In this document: piece by piece, positions 33,454-42,988 of the stretch
How the letters are laid out: every line of letters begins with the position of its first letter
How positions within the stretch are numbered: the first letter of the stretch is position 1
Virus record (IMG/VR): IMGVR_UViG_3300050498_000085
DNA length: 61,532 nt
DNA from: a virus
Direction: 5' to 3' (one strand)
Notes under the pieces: generated by a model
Told to the model about the DNA's origin: nothing
Database searches by the model: none
Seen by the model: only the letters and a program-made list of their open reading frames with translations
Translations under genes and position numbers: made by a program

Positions 33454-36400
33454 AGTACGTATCGCTACACCACCACTCGACCTTCAGCTACATGGATGGC
33501 TTCGGGACGCCGGAGCGACATGTGGAGCGAGCGGTGGAGTTGGGAATGTCGGCGCTCGCGTTGACCGAGCACGGCAACGTCTCGTCCCATGTCCAGCACG
33601 AGAAGTACGCGACCAAGGCCGGAATCCAGCCCATCTTCGGCTTGGAGGCTTACACCGCGCCCGACCTACAGACCCGGCGAAAGTGGCACCTCACGATCCT
33701 CGCGGAGACGGCCGAGGGTTACCGCAACCTGATGAAGCTCGTGACGCGCTCGTATGCCGAGGGTTTCTACCAATACCCAACCATCACCGGACCGATGTTG
33801 GCCGAGCACGCGGACGGCCTCATCGTCCTTTCGGGATGCGCCGACTCCAAGCTGGCTTGCGACCTGCTAGGCGGGAAGGGCGTGAACCCCCACCCTCCCG
33901 ACCTACCCGCAGCCGAGCGCACCGCCTCCGCGTTCAAGGCGTTGTTGGGTGACCGGTACTTCATCGAGGCCCAGCAATTCCCGGAGTTGGAGCGGACGCG
34001 CACCCTCAATCCGATCTTCGAGGACATCGCTCGCCGGTTGAAGATCCCGCTAGTGGCGACGGCCGACGTTCATTACCCGATGCCCGACGACAATGAGATG
34101 CAGGTGATTCTCCATGCGGCCGGCCGAGGGACAAACAACGTCGCCCAACAGGTTGAGTCCTGGGAATATGACATCCGCCTCACTCATCCTGCTTCTGATG
34201 CAGTCGTGTTGGAGCGGCTACGTGGCACTGGTCTTAGCCGTCGCGCTGCTGCTTTTGCGATTGCTTCGACAGAGGACATCGCCGCTCGCTGCCGCATCGA
34301 GCTACCCAAGGTCGACCGACTTCGGTATCCGCTCCCAGACGGTCAATCTTCACGAGACCTCATATGGTCTTGGCTCCGCGACGGCTGGAGCTATCGCACG
34401 CGCAGCAACCGCCGAATACAACAGCATGAAGCGGAGTATGTTGCGCGTCTGAAGTACGAGATGGACCTGATTACCGACAAGGATTTCATCGACTACTTCC
34501 TGATGTTGAGCGATGCGGTCCGCTGGGCGAAGGATCGCGGCATCCCGGTCGGGCCGGCTCGTGGCTCGGCTGCGGCCTCCCTCACCTGTTACCTCTTGCG
34601 GATCACCGAGGTTGATCCACTCCAATTCCCCATGATGTACTTCGAGCGTTTCATCGCTCACAACCGGACCGACGTCCCGGACATTGACCTGGACTTCTCG
34701 GATGAGCGCCGGGACGAGTTGCGGCAGTACTTGGTCGAGAAGTACGGTGCGGACCGCGTTGGCAACATCGGTACGTACACGAAGTACAAGGGCAAGAATG
34801 CGCTCATCGACGTCGCCCGGGTGAATGGGGTGCCGGACTACGAAATCAAGGTCATCAAGGATCTGATGATTGACCGAAGCTCCGGCGACGCGCGAGCTGA
34901 GGGCACGCTCGAAGACACCATCGCGATGTTCCCCCAAGCGCAAGCCGTCATGGAGAAGTTCCCAGAGCTATGGAAGGCTCTGCGGTTGGAGGGGAACTAT
35001 CGAGGCTCTAGCGTCCACGCCGCTGGGCTCGTAGTGGCCAACGAGCCGCTGACTGATGCGGTCGCAACATACGAGCGCACGAGCGGTACCGGCACCCACC
35101 GCGTGACACGTCAGGTGGTCTCGGCCGACAAGTACGATGCGGAGCACTTGGGCCTGATGAAGATCGACGCGCTTGGACTCTCGACAATGGGGATGATCCA
35201 GCACTCGCTCGACATCGTCGGGATGACCCTGGATGAGTTGTACACCGAGACGGCCGACCTGGACGACCAGACCATCATCCAAGCCTTCCGCGACGGCGAT
35301 GTAACGGGCATCTTCCAGTTCGGCGGAGGCGCGACCCGCATCGTCAACGCGGATGTCAAGCCAGATACATTCCTGGAGTTAGCCGACATCAACGCGCTCT
35401 CGCGCCCCGGACCGCTTCACTCTGGATCGACTCAGGACTACATCGACATCAAGCACGGCCGGAAGCGTCCGCCCACCCAGCACCCGGCCGTCGCGAAGAT
35501 CACATCCTGGACCAAGGGCCAGATCATCTATCAGGAGCAGATCCTGGCGGCAACGCTAGAGATCGGAGATATGGGATGGGTGCACGCCCAGGAGATTCGC
35601 AAGATTGTTTCGTTGAAACACGGCGTGGCCGCGTTCAATATGAAGTTCCCGATGTTCGCCGAGGGTGCTCGCCGGCTCCATGGGATGACGGAGGAGGAGG
35701 CATCCGACATCTGGCGCCGGATGGCGACGGCCGGGACCTACGCATTCAACATAGCGCACAGCGTGTCATACGCGATGCTGGCCTATTGGACGATGTGGTT
35801 CAAGGTTTATCACCCGGCAGCATTCTACGCAGCCTCACTACGTAAGTTTCCTGATGAGCAATATTGGCTATTGCGCGATGCCTTGCGGCACAGTATTGAC
35901 ATTCTCCCGCCCGATCCAAATCGCAGCCCGATCCACTGGGCGGTTGAGGGCACGTCCGTCCGAAGCGGACTGTTGACGCTCCCTGGGGTCGGTGAGGCGC
36001 TCGCAGCGGAGATCATCCGGGACCGGAAGGTGCGCGGGTCGTTCGACAATTGGGGGGAGTTGATACGAGTCAAGGGCATCGGGCCGGCGAAGCTCGCGCC
36101 GATTCTCGATCGCGCTGGCGATGACCCGTTCGGGATCTATGCAGTAGAGCGCAAGATCCAGACCGTTCGTGATTGGCTCCGCTCCAACCCGGGCATGCCC
36201 TACCCAACGCACAAGGGGACGGAGATCCCAACCGAGGGTGACCACGACATTGTGTTCCTCGGGTTACCGGTCAAGCGCGACTCTCGTGACGTCATCGAGG
36301 ATGAGCGCGGCCAGACCGGCGAGGACTATGAGACCATTCGCGGCCGGATGAAGGACCCGGACAAGATCAAGCGGATGATCGTGCACGTGGTCGACGACAC

Positions 36401-36578
36401 CGACACTACCGTGTACCTACGCTGGAACCGTTGGAACTTCGCTAAGGGCAATACTGAGCGAGCACTATGGGACATGAGGCTTGGAGAGGACCTGATACTG
36501 GTACGGGGTCGCAAGCGTTCCGGCTTCGGGACTTCCATACAGGTCAAGGACTTCTGGATCATCAATCCGGACGACTGA
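33450..36578 (+). CDS. dnaE: DNA polymerase III alpha subunit (DnaE-type) with N-terminal PHP domain, 1042 aa
   Basis: LHHHSTFSYMDG, LTEHGN, ATADVHYP (PHP); ..PVGPARGSAAASLTCYLLRITEVDP.., DIDLDF, ..HAAGLVV.. polymerase core. Confidence 0.95.
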   Translation: MKYVSLHHHSTFSYMDGFGTPERHVERAVELGMSALALTEHGNVSSHVQHEKYATKAGIQPIFGLEAYTAPDLQTRRKWHLTILAETAEGYRNLMKLVTRSYAEGFYQYPTITGPMLAEHADGLIVLSGCADSKLACDLLGGKGVNPHPPDLPAAERTASAFKALLGDRYFIEAQQFPELERTRTLNPIFEDIARRLKIPLVATADVHYPMPDDNEMQVILHAAGRGTNNVAQQVESWEYDIRLTHPASDAVVLERLRGTGLSRRAAAFAIASTEDIAARCRIELPKVDRLRYPLPDGQSSRDLIWSWLRDGWSYRTRSNRRIQQHEAEYVARLKYEMDLITDKDFIDYFLMLSDAVRWAKDRGIPVGPARGSAAASLTCYLLRITEVDPLQFPMMYFERFIAHNRTDVPDIDLDFSDERRDELRQYLVEKYGADRVGNIGTYTKYKGKNALIDVARVNGVPDYEIKVIKDLMIDRSSGDARAEGTLEDTIAMFPQAQAVMEKFPELWKALRLEGNYRGSSVHAAGLVVANEPLTDAVATYERTSGTGTHRVTRQVVSADKYDAEHLGLMKIDALGLSTMGMIQHSLDIVGMTLDELYTETADLDDQTIIQAFRDGDVTGIFQFGGGATRIVNADVKPDTFLELADINALSRPGPLHSGSTQDYIDIKHGRKRPPTQHPAVAKITSWTKGQIIYQEQILAATLEIGDMGWVHAQEIRKIVSLKHGVAAFNMKFPMFAEGARRLHGMTEEEASDIWRRMATAGTYAFNIAHSVSYAMLAYWTMWFKVYHPAAFYAASLRKFPDEQYWLLRDALRHSIDILPPDPNRSPIHWAVEGTSVRSGLLTLPGVGEALAAEIIRDRKVRGSFDNWGELIRVKGIGPAKLAPILDRAGDDPFGIYAVERKIQTVRDWLRSNPGMPYPTHKGTEIPTEGDHDIVFLGLPVKRDSRDVIEDERGQTGEDYETIRGRMKDPDKIKRMIVHVVDDTDTTVYLRWNRWNFAKGNTERALWDMRLGEDLILVRGRKRSGFGTSIQVKDFWIINPDD

Positions 36579-36586
36579 GGAGAGTT

Positions 36587-36982
36587 GTGATCATCCCCCG
36601 CTCTATAGCAGAAGAGATCCGCAAGCACTCTCTCGAAGCTGCGCCAGCCGAGGCGTGCGGGGTGCTGAGTGGGCCTACCCTGGTGTGTCACCCGGTGAAG
36701 AATCTCTCAACAGTTGAGGGGTACTTCGAGATGGACCCGGACGAGGAGTTGGAGGTGTTCATCTCTGCGGCCGAGCAAGGGCGAACCATTTGGGCCGTAT
36801 GGCACTCTCACCCGACTCAGCCCGCCATCCCGTCGCCGGCCGACATCGAAATGGCCCTGGATCGAGACATCATTTACCTCATATGCTCGCCAACTCGCGA
36901 AGGCAGCGGGCAACTACGAGCATGGAGGATCGTCGCTGGAGCTACCGCCGAAATCCCGGTGGAGATCAACGAGGAGGAATGA
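36587..36982 (+). CDS. JAB/MPN+ (JAMM) metalloprotease-domain protein, 131 aa
   Basis: EACG .. WHSHPTQPAIPSPADI (E..HxH..S..D); RBS GAGGAGAG. Confidence 0.8.
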   Translation: MIIPRSIAEEIRKHSLEAAPAEACGVLSGPTLVCHPVKNLSTVEGYFEMDPDEELEVFISAAEQGRTIWAVWHSHPTQPAIPSPADIEMALDRDIIYLICSPTREGSGQLRAWRIVAGATAEIPVEINEEE

Positions 36983-37653
36983 AAGTGATCAAGAAGATTC
37001 TCTTGAGTGTCATCGGGACGATGACGCTCCTTCTGTTCGTTCCGGTCGACGGGGCCGGAGCTTCGCCGACTGGGCCGGTCCCGATACCCCAGGTGGACCC
37101 CAACGCGACCGTCGAGGTGATGCCGGAGGTCATGACCCCGGAGATCCTCGCGTACAAGCGTGCCAACCAGGACGCCCGACCGCTTCGAGCGGCGCGAGCG
37201 ATGTCGGCCGGCCCGGCCGGATGGTCGTTCAACTGGTACAGCTACAGCGACACCTTCGTGAACGGGGGCGGCCACACGATCGCCAAGTACGTCGTCGCGG
37301 TCGAGGAGTACCGCATCGGTGAGAACTACGGCGTGACCCTGCATCGCGGGTATGCCTCCGGACGGCGCTACCCGGAGTACGGCGTGACTGGCATCCTGGT
37401 GGACCGCTCAGCGTACAGCCTGGCCGAGCCGCCCGGATCGACGCAGGTCCTTCGGGCCGAGACGCTCGCGGACGCGCTGGATGGCGGAACCTGCTGCGCG
37501 ACTTCGCGTACCACCAGCGTGGGCGTTCGGGAGTGCTCGTTCTGCGGCGAGGCGCGAGCATCCGGGATCTTCGTGATCAAGTGGAACGGGACGTACTACA
37601 AGAGCGCCAACACCCTGAGCAATCTCACGCAGGCCAACTACGCCCTCCGCTGA
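36979..37653 (+). CDS. secreted protein, 224 aa (signal peptide; Cys-rich C-terminal part)
   Basis: ATGA overlap after GAGGAGGA; MKVIKKILLSVIGTMTLLLFVPVDGAGA/SP. Confidence 0.75.
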   Translation: MKVIKKILLSVIGTMTLLLFVPVDGAGASPTGPVPIPQVDPNATVEVMPEVMTPEILAYKRANQDARPLRAARAMSAGPAGWSFNWYSYSDTFVNGGGHTIAKYVVAVEEYRIGENYGVTLHRGYASGRRYPEYGVTGILVDRSAYSLAEPPGSTQVLRAETLADALDGGTCCATSRTTSVGVRECSFCGEARASGIFVIKWNGTYYKSANTLSNLTQANYALR

Positions 37654-38027
37654 TGGCCGGCTACGCCGATGAGATCGGCATCGTCCCCGATCGGGCCAGC
37701 GCTCGCGACATCCTGAGGCGAGCAACCGAGCTGGATGCCCGGCGGTTGTGGCGGATCTCCAACCAGGTTGATGCTATCAACCGGCTCCTTGCGGCGAGCG
37801 CTACGCCGGAAGGAGCCAGCTATGGGGCGGAGATGGCCGCTCTCCACGAGCGGCTCGCTCTCGCAGAGCGTCGGTCTCAGCTGCTGATTCAACAACTACG
37901 GTCCAGCTCGCGGGCATGGGGGCGCCCGGAGGCTCTCGCGCTGGAAGCGGTCATAGCCGAAGTCGAGAGAATCACCAATTTGCCGGGCGCGCGGGGTAGC
38001 GCCAGCGCGGCCGGCGAGAAAGGCTAG
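37653..38027 (+). CDS. hypothetical helical protein, 124 aa
   Basis: TGATG overlap. Confidence 0.65.
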   Translation: MAGYADEIGIVPDRASARDILRRATELDARRLWRISNQVDAINRLLAASATPEGASYGAEMAALHERLALAERRSQLLIQQLRSSSRAWGRPEALALEAVIAEVERITNLPGARGSASAAGEKG

Positions 38028-38231
38028 GGGAGCCGAGTCGGGCGAGGTTACAAAAGCAAGCGTTGTGTCGGCGAGCGCAGATAGCGGCGTGAGCGACCGA
38101 TCCGTGACCTAGGCACGGGGAGTTTGCGAGTAGTGCTCAGTGGAGGTTCCGACTCGGCCCCACCGACCGGAGGGTGGGGGTGGCGTTCCCCGTGCGCTGC
38201 CCTCGCCCTCCTCCCAACAGAAGGATCGGAA

Positions 38232-38666
38232 ATGCCGGACATGGAGCACGGAATGAAGGCCGACCCGAGTCAGTGGAGCGCGCGCGAGGAGATCAAGAGG
38301 GCGATAGAGGGAACCGAGGACAATCCTCGCCTCCCGGACACGCCGATCTTCGATCTGTTGGCGCGAGCCAACTCGATCCGGAGGGAGGTCAATTCCACTC
38401 AGGCGCAGGCGCCGGAGGACACTCCGGACATCACGCGGACGGCCCAGATGCTGGACGGCGTGATTCAGTCCGTGGAGCGCGCGGCGGCCGAGCTGGTGGC
38501 CCGACTCGCGCCGGTCCTGACCGATATCGACGTACCGACTTCGGTGGCGTTCGATCGGGATCTGCATCCGGCCTCGACTCACGGCCAGGCGCTCTGGTCG
38601 TTCTGCCTGCGGCTGTCGGCGGTCGAAAGCGTGCTGGTGGTTACCGAGTCGCGTCTGGCGGTCTGA
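38232..38666 (+). CDS. hypothetical protein, 144 aa
   Basis: ATG 38232 after a 204-nt gap; RBS-like GAAGGA. Confidence 0.65.
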   Translation: MPDMEHGMKADPSQWSAREEIKRAIEGTEDNPRLPDTPIFDLLARANSIRREVNSTQAQAPEDTPDITRTAQMLDGVIQSVERAAAELVARLAPVLTDIDVPTSVAFDRDLHPASTHGQALWSFCLRLSAVESVLVVTESRLAV

Positions 38667-38667
38667 C

Positions 38668-40194
38668 GTGCCTCTCCTGGAGCCGACCGGCCTACCGCAG
38701 TGGTACATCGACTGCTGTAACGAGATGAGTGCCCGCGCCAGCGCTCTGGTCTCTGAGGCCGACAACGCGTCCAACGTCCTCTTCGGACGGTCGCTGTACG
38801 GCGACCGGGTGTACGTCGGCTCGCGCGACGTGGATGACGACCGCGTCACGAACCTGCTGCGGGATGTCGCGTTCAACCGGCATTCGATGAACGACGGGCA
38901 GCACGTCTCGCCACTCGACAACGGCCGACTCCAGGTCGGGACGGATGGGATCATCGTCAAGCTGGTCCAGGGCCTCGATGAGGCCGCATTCAAGCGCACG
39001 CTGGACATGGCGACCCGCGCGACGATCGGGATGGACCTCTCGCAGCCGATCCCGGGCGACTGGGAGCCATGCCCCGAGTTCACCGCCGCGCGGGCGAGGC
39101 AGCTCGACTCGCCGGCCGATCCGTCCAACCGGGGTGACGTGATCGAGCTTCGCTGCGGCCATGCCAGTCACCGATCGACCACGATCAACCCAGGCTGGCA
39201 GGGCGAGGAGACCTCGGTGGGCCTCGCCCTGCTATGGGAGGGACAGGTGGCCGGGGGCGAGTGGGAGGAGATGCTGAAGGGCGGACTCCAGACCGCGCTG
39301 GAGTCGCAGGTGATCGTGTTTGCCGTCTCCGGCATCTCGCGTACGTGCACCCACCAGCTCGTGCGCTCCCGTCGGGCCGCCTTCCACCAGCAGTCGCAGC
39401 GCGCGAGTTTCTACGGTGTCGCGCCGGAAGTCCGGATGCCCGAATCGGTCTGGCTCAACCCGCGCGCTCGGCGGGCCGCACTGGACGCCTATGCTGCCGC
39501 ACAAGAGGCATACCGGATCATCTGCGAGGAGGACATCAGCTACCAGGACGCGCGATTCGTTCTCCCGGAAGGGACGACCAACTACATCCTCTGTGAGTAC
39601 AACGTCAAGGAGTTCCGCGATGTCTTCGCCTATCGCGGTTGCTCGATGTTCTCCTGGGAGATCGTCCATGTGATGCGGGAGATGCGGCGCCTCTTGGTCG
39701 AGGCCCATCCATTCCTCGCGGACTTGATCAAGATCAGCTGCGAGAAGACCAGCCGGGCAAAGGATCGCGACCCTGGATATGCGACGCTTCCGGGCGGGGA
39801 GGGCGCGGCCCACACATGTACCTTCCAGGGGTGGGAGCGCGTCGATGGGCAATGCGACTTCCCGTGGGCGCGCGACACCAACCGCACGTTCCGCTCGGCC
39901 ACGTACGAGATCGGGCGGAAGCCGGAGACCTACAGTCCGGCGGGACTCCTTTCGGATGCCGAGGCGAAAGAGCGAGCAGCTGAGCTTCTGAAGCGTCGTC
40001 GTCCCGGATCATCTCATCCCGCAGCCCAAGCCATCGCGAGGCACCCGGAGGAGGATGGGTTGGCCCACGAGTTGAGGGAGATGGCGCGTTCGGATGGAAC
40101 CATCGGCGCCGGAGACCCCGGGGAGCCACGCGTGCCCTCCACGGACTCCGAGGCTCGCCGGCCGGACCACTACCCGGGGCGAGGTGGGTGGTAG
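38668..40194 (+). CDS. divergent ThyX-like (flavin-dependent thymidylate synthase family) protein with N- and C-terminal extensions, 508 aa
   Basis: ..VSGISRTCTHQLVRSRRAAFHQQSQRASF.. against the canonical ThyX ..RHRxxSxxxxSxR signature; ..ARFVLPEGTTNYIL.. downstream block. Confidence 0.7.
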   Translation: MPLLEPTGLPQWYIDCCNEMSARASALVSEADNASNVLFGRSLYGDRVYVGSRDVDDDRVTNLLRDVAFNRHSMNDGQHVSPLDNGRLQVGTDGIIVKLVQGLDEAAFKRTLDMATRATIGMDLSQPIPGDWEPCPEFTAARARQLDSPADPSNRGDVIELRCGHASHRSTTINPGWQGEETSVGLALLWEGQVAGGEWEEMLKGGLQTALESQVIVFAVSGISRTCTHQLVRSRRAAFHQQSQRASFYGVAPEVRMPESVWLNPRARRAALDAYAAAQEAYRIICEEDISYQDARFVLPEGTTNYILCEYNVKEFRDVFAYRGCSMFSWEIVHVMREMRRLLVEAHPFLADLIKISCEKTSRAKDRDPGYATLPGGEGAAHTCTFQGWERVDGQCDFPWARDTNRTFRSATYEIGRKPETYSPAGLLSDAEAKERAAELLKRRRPGSSHPAAQAIARHPEEDGLAHELREMARSDGTIGAGDPGEPRVPSTDSEARRPDHYPGRGGW

Positions 40195-40499
40195 TGAGAA
40201 CCGCTGACGAGATCATCGAGGAGATCAAGGTCAGCTCGCTGTCGGCCGAGGATCTCGGCCGGATCATGTCGGCTGCGACGACCAAGATGATGGCCAATGC
40301 CTTCGTGGATGGCGGTCTCGACATGATGAGCGACCCGGGGATCTGGGGTCGGTTCAATACCAGCACCGGTCTCATGCCGGAGATCTGTGGCGCTCGCGGG
40401 GTGGGCGAGCACCGAGGGAAAGTCTGCGTCCGAGATGCAGGGCATCCCGCTATCGAATCGATGTTCGGGCACCGCGACAAGGATGGGAATGAGTGGTAA
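40188..40499 (+). CDS. hypothetical protein, 101-103 aa
   Basis: GTG 40188/40194 overlapping upstream stop. Confidence 0.65.
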   Translation: MVVRTADEIIEEIKVSSLSAEDLGRIMSAATTKMMANAFVDGGLDMMSDPGIWGRFNTSTGLMPEICGARGVGEHRGKVCVRDAGHPAIESMFGHRDKDGNEW

Positions 40500-40723
40500 T
40501 GAGTCGAGTTGTTCGTCAAGGTGGGGGTTCACTCGCCAACCTTCACCTGGTCGTACTTCCCCAGCTCTCCGGCATACGGTCCATCGTCAACGAGTCCAAG
40601 GGCCGGGTCGAGCTACGGACTGTCTTCGGCTCTCTCTATTTTCAGGCCGAGGACCGGGTGGCCATCGCGGCCTACCTTTCCGATCTCGCCGACGCAATTC
40701 TCAGCTCGGAGGCCAAGTCATGA
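40499..40723 (+). CDS. hypothetical protein, 74 aa
   Basis: TAATG overlap. Confidence 0.6.
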   Translation: MSRVVRQGGGSLANLHLVVLPQLSGIRSIVNESKGRVELRTVFGSLYFQAEDRVAIAAYLSDLADAILSSEAKS

Positions 40724-40980
40724 ACCTCACCCTGGCCACCCTTGTATCGGTTGAATGGCCGACCTTCAGCGTCGCCAATGGCCAGTACGAAGTGACAGTG
40801 CATAAGGGAGTTCTGACCTGGGCGGTGACGGACGGTGTGCTGTTGGTCGAGGAGTACCCCGAAGGTGCCACACGCATGTTGGTCGACCAGTGGGATTACC
40901 TCCCAAAGCAGACTTTCATCTACCCATTGACTTCTGTGCGTCGGTTCCGAACCGAGCCGGCTTCAGAGATGGTGAAGTAG
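40720..40980 (+). CDS. hypothetical protein, 86 aa
   Basis: ATGA overlap; RBS GGAGG. Confidence 0.65.
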   Translation: MNLTLATLVSVEWPTFSVANGQYEVTVHKGVLTWAVTDGVLLVEEYPEGATRMLVDQWDYLPKQTFIYPLTSVRRFRTEPASEMVK

Positions 40981-41652
40981 ATGGATGTCCGGCGTGACTT
41001 CGAGGCGCGCCCTCCGCGCGAGCCGTTGATGTCGCTCGCGGCCTATGTCCGCGACTTCCAATGGCGTTTCCCTGTTGATCGGCGGGACATGGTAGTGGAG
41101 TTCTGCCGGACTGCCCCGGACTTCCGCATGGCTGTTCGGCGGGCTTGTGCCAGCCGGAACGCTCTAGGGAAGATGCACAACCACCAATCCCGGGTCCGGG
41201 AGTCGGACCGAGTGATTTTTGGCGATGAGATCATCTCCAATGCTCGCGCCGTGGAGGACTTCGCCCGGCTCGAAGGATTCGACTCCATGCATGACTACTT
41301 GGACCATATCAAGCCGCAAGGCATCGGCCCGGTGACGGTGTATGACGTGGCGGTCCGGTTGGGCGCCTACTTCGGGGTGGAGCCGCAGTCACTCTACCTC
41401 CACGCTGGAGTACGGCAAGGATGGATCTCGATGAAGCTCGCGCTCGAAGGAGTCGCATGGCCAACGAGGGGAGCCGGGTCAATTCTCGCACAGATTCGTG
41501 CTGAAGCTCGCCAGCCGTACATTCGGCGCGAAGACTGGCCCAAACCGCTACAGGTACTCACGGCGGATGAGGCCGAGGACTTCTGCTGTACGTACCGCGA
41601 AGAGATCCGACGGTACCGGAATACGCACGGCCGACTGGAGGAAGGGCAATGA
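40981..41652 (+). CDS. hypothetical protein, 223 aa, with helix-hairpin-helix-like segment
   Basis: ..IKPQGIGPVTVYDVAVRLGAYFG..LYLHAG.. resembles an HhH/DNA-glycosylase-fold signature; unverified. Confidence 0.7.
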   Translation: MDVRRDFEARPPREPLMSLAAYVRDFQWRFPVDRRDMVVEFCRTAPDFRMAVRRACASRNALGKMHNHQSRVRESDRVIFGDEIISNARAVEDFARLEGFDSMHDYLDHIKPQGIGPVTVYDVAVRLGAYFGVEPQSLYLHAGVRQGWISMKLALEGVAWPTRGAGSILAQIRAEARQPYIRREDWPKPLQVLTADEAEDFCCTYREEIRRYRNTHGRLEEGQ

Positions 41653-41933
41653 CGCCAGAACAGATGTTGGAACGCTCCTTGCGATTGAGCGTTCAGGGCC
41701 ACCAGATCATCCATCTGGAATGGGAGCCGGCCGAGAATCCGGGCGAGCCAGACAAGCGAATTGTCAAGAGCGCCCGACCCGCCACCTCTGTCGAATTCAA
41801 GATGTGGGATCGACTCCTCATCTTGGAGCGTCTCGTGAATGGTTACGAGCGCGACATCAACGAGTTGAGGGCCGAGATCGACCGTCTGCGGAGACCCGCT
41901 AGTTACCACGCGAGTGAGCCGAAGCGCGTCTGA
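41649..41933 (+). CDS. hypothetical protein, 94 aa
   Basis: ATGA overlap. Confidence 0.65.
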   Translation: MTPEQMLERSLRLSVQGHQIIHLEWEPAENPGEPDKRIVKSARPATSVEFKMWDRLLILERLVNGYERDINELRAEIDRLRRPASYHASEPKRV

Positions 41934-41934
41934 G

Positions 41935-42210
41935 ATGCTCGGCCGGTTCTTGACTTGGTACGGTTGGCGCCGTCTAGAGCGACATGTCTTCGTCCGGCCG
42001 AGGCATTACATCCAGTACAGCGCGCGTCATCGGGACGGCAGCCGGACCATCTATCCATCCGAGGCTGCATATCGGAATGACCCGGTCTGGGACCGGGGTG
42101 GCGCTGTGACCGAAGCTCGCGCCATAGACGCCGAAGGTCGACCATTGACGGGGTGGACCGGGGTGTATCCAAAAGATCCCAAGGCGATACGTAGGGAATG
42201 GGATGACTGA
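41935..42210 (+). CDS. hypothetical protein, 91 aa (alternative GTG 41914)
   Basis: ATG 1 nt after upstream stop. Confidence 0.55.
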   Translation: MLGRFLTWYGWRRLERHVFVRPRHYIQYSARHRDGSRTIYPSEAAYRNDPVWDRGGAVTEARAIDAEGRPLTGWTGVYPKDPKAIRREWDD

Positions 42211-42353
42211 TGCCGCGCTGGGTTGCGTATGGGGTAACTCTGTTGGCCGTGTCCGAAATCTGTAGCGGTCGGGATTGGCAATGGATCATCGCCAGCATCA
42301 TATTCGCTTGGTGCGCCGTGTTTGAGAGCGAGCGAGCCGATGTCCGGAAGTAG
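42210..42353 (+). CDS. small membrane protein, 47 aa (below ORF-track cutoff)
   Basis: TGATG overlap; MPRWVAYGVTLLAVSEICSGRDWQWIIASIIFAWCAVF..; translated by hand. Confidence 0.45.
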   Translation: MPRWVAYGVTLLAVSEICSGRDWQWIIASIIFAWCAVFESERADVRK

Positions 42354-42597
42354 AGCATCCTCACCTCGCCGGCCCAAGAAGTTCCGAGGCCTGGAGGCCG
42401 AGCTACACGAGCAGGCGCGCGAAGGCAAGTTGGACGCCGTGCGGCACGGCCATGGCGTCTGTGAAGATTGTGGGGGAGAGCAAGCAAAGGGCATCAATGT
42501 GGTCTACAAGAAGGGCCATGTGAAGTGCCATAACGGACCGGGTTGTAGGGCGCGCCAGAAGCGCGCTGCGCGGAAGGCAGAGCGCGATGACGGATGA
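42340..42597 (+). CDS. basic Cys/His-containing protein, 85 aa
   Basis: ..HGHGVCEDCGGEQAKG..HVKCHNGPGC.. Confidence 0.55.
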   Translation: MSGSRASSPRRPKKFRGLEAELHEQAREGKLDAVRHGHGVCEDCGGEQAKGINVVYKKGHVKCHNGPGCRARQKRAARKAERDDG

Positions 42598-42919
42598 GTT
42601 CATGACCGAGGCGATGGTGGATGTCCTCATCCGGGAGCGCTGCCCGGCGTGTGGCGGGGAGCTACTGCCGCCATGGCTCTCGGTGACCGGCTCGGAGCGC
42701 TCCATACTCCAATGGCGGTTCTGTGCGGCTTCGTGTGGGCTATGGTCGGCCGTCTGCGAGCGCGTTCCGCTCCGGCCGCACCTGATCGTGGCAACTCCCG
42801 GCCCGCTTGCCTACGCGGCCGCAGCTTTGTCCGGGGAGATGTTGTTCCCGGAGCTGGTCAAGTATGAGCGGTCCCGCTGCGGCCGGGAGGGGCATAGCAT
42901 ACCTGTAGACATGAACTGA
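42587..42919 (+). CDS. zinc-ribbon protein, 110 aa
   Basis: ..RCPACGGELLPP..FCAASCGLWSAVC.. Confidence 0.6.
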   Translation: MTDEFMTEAMVDVLIRERCPACGGELLPPWLSVTGSERSILQWRFCAASCGLWSAVCERVPLRPHLIVATPGPLAYAAAALSGEMLFPELVKYERSRCGREGHSIPVDMN

Positions 42920-42988
42920 TTTCGCCGGGTCGGGTCGGCACGTCCGAATGCGGGCGGCCGTCCTGATGTGTCCATAGAGGGAGTCGCC

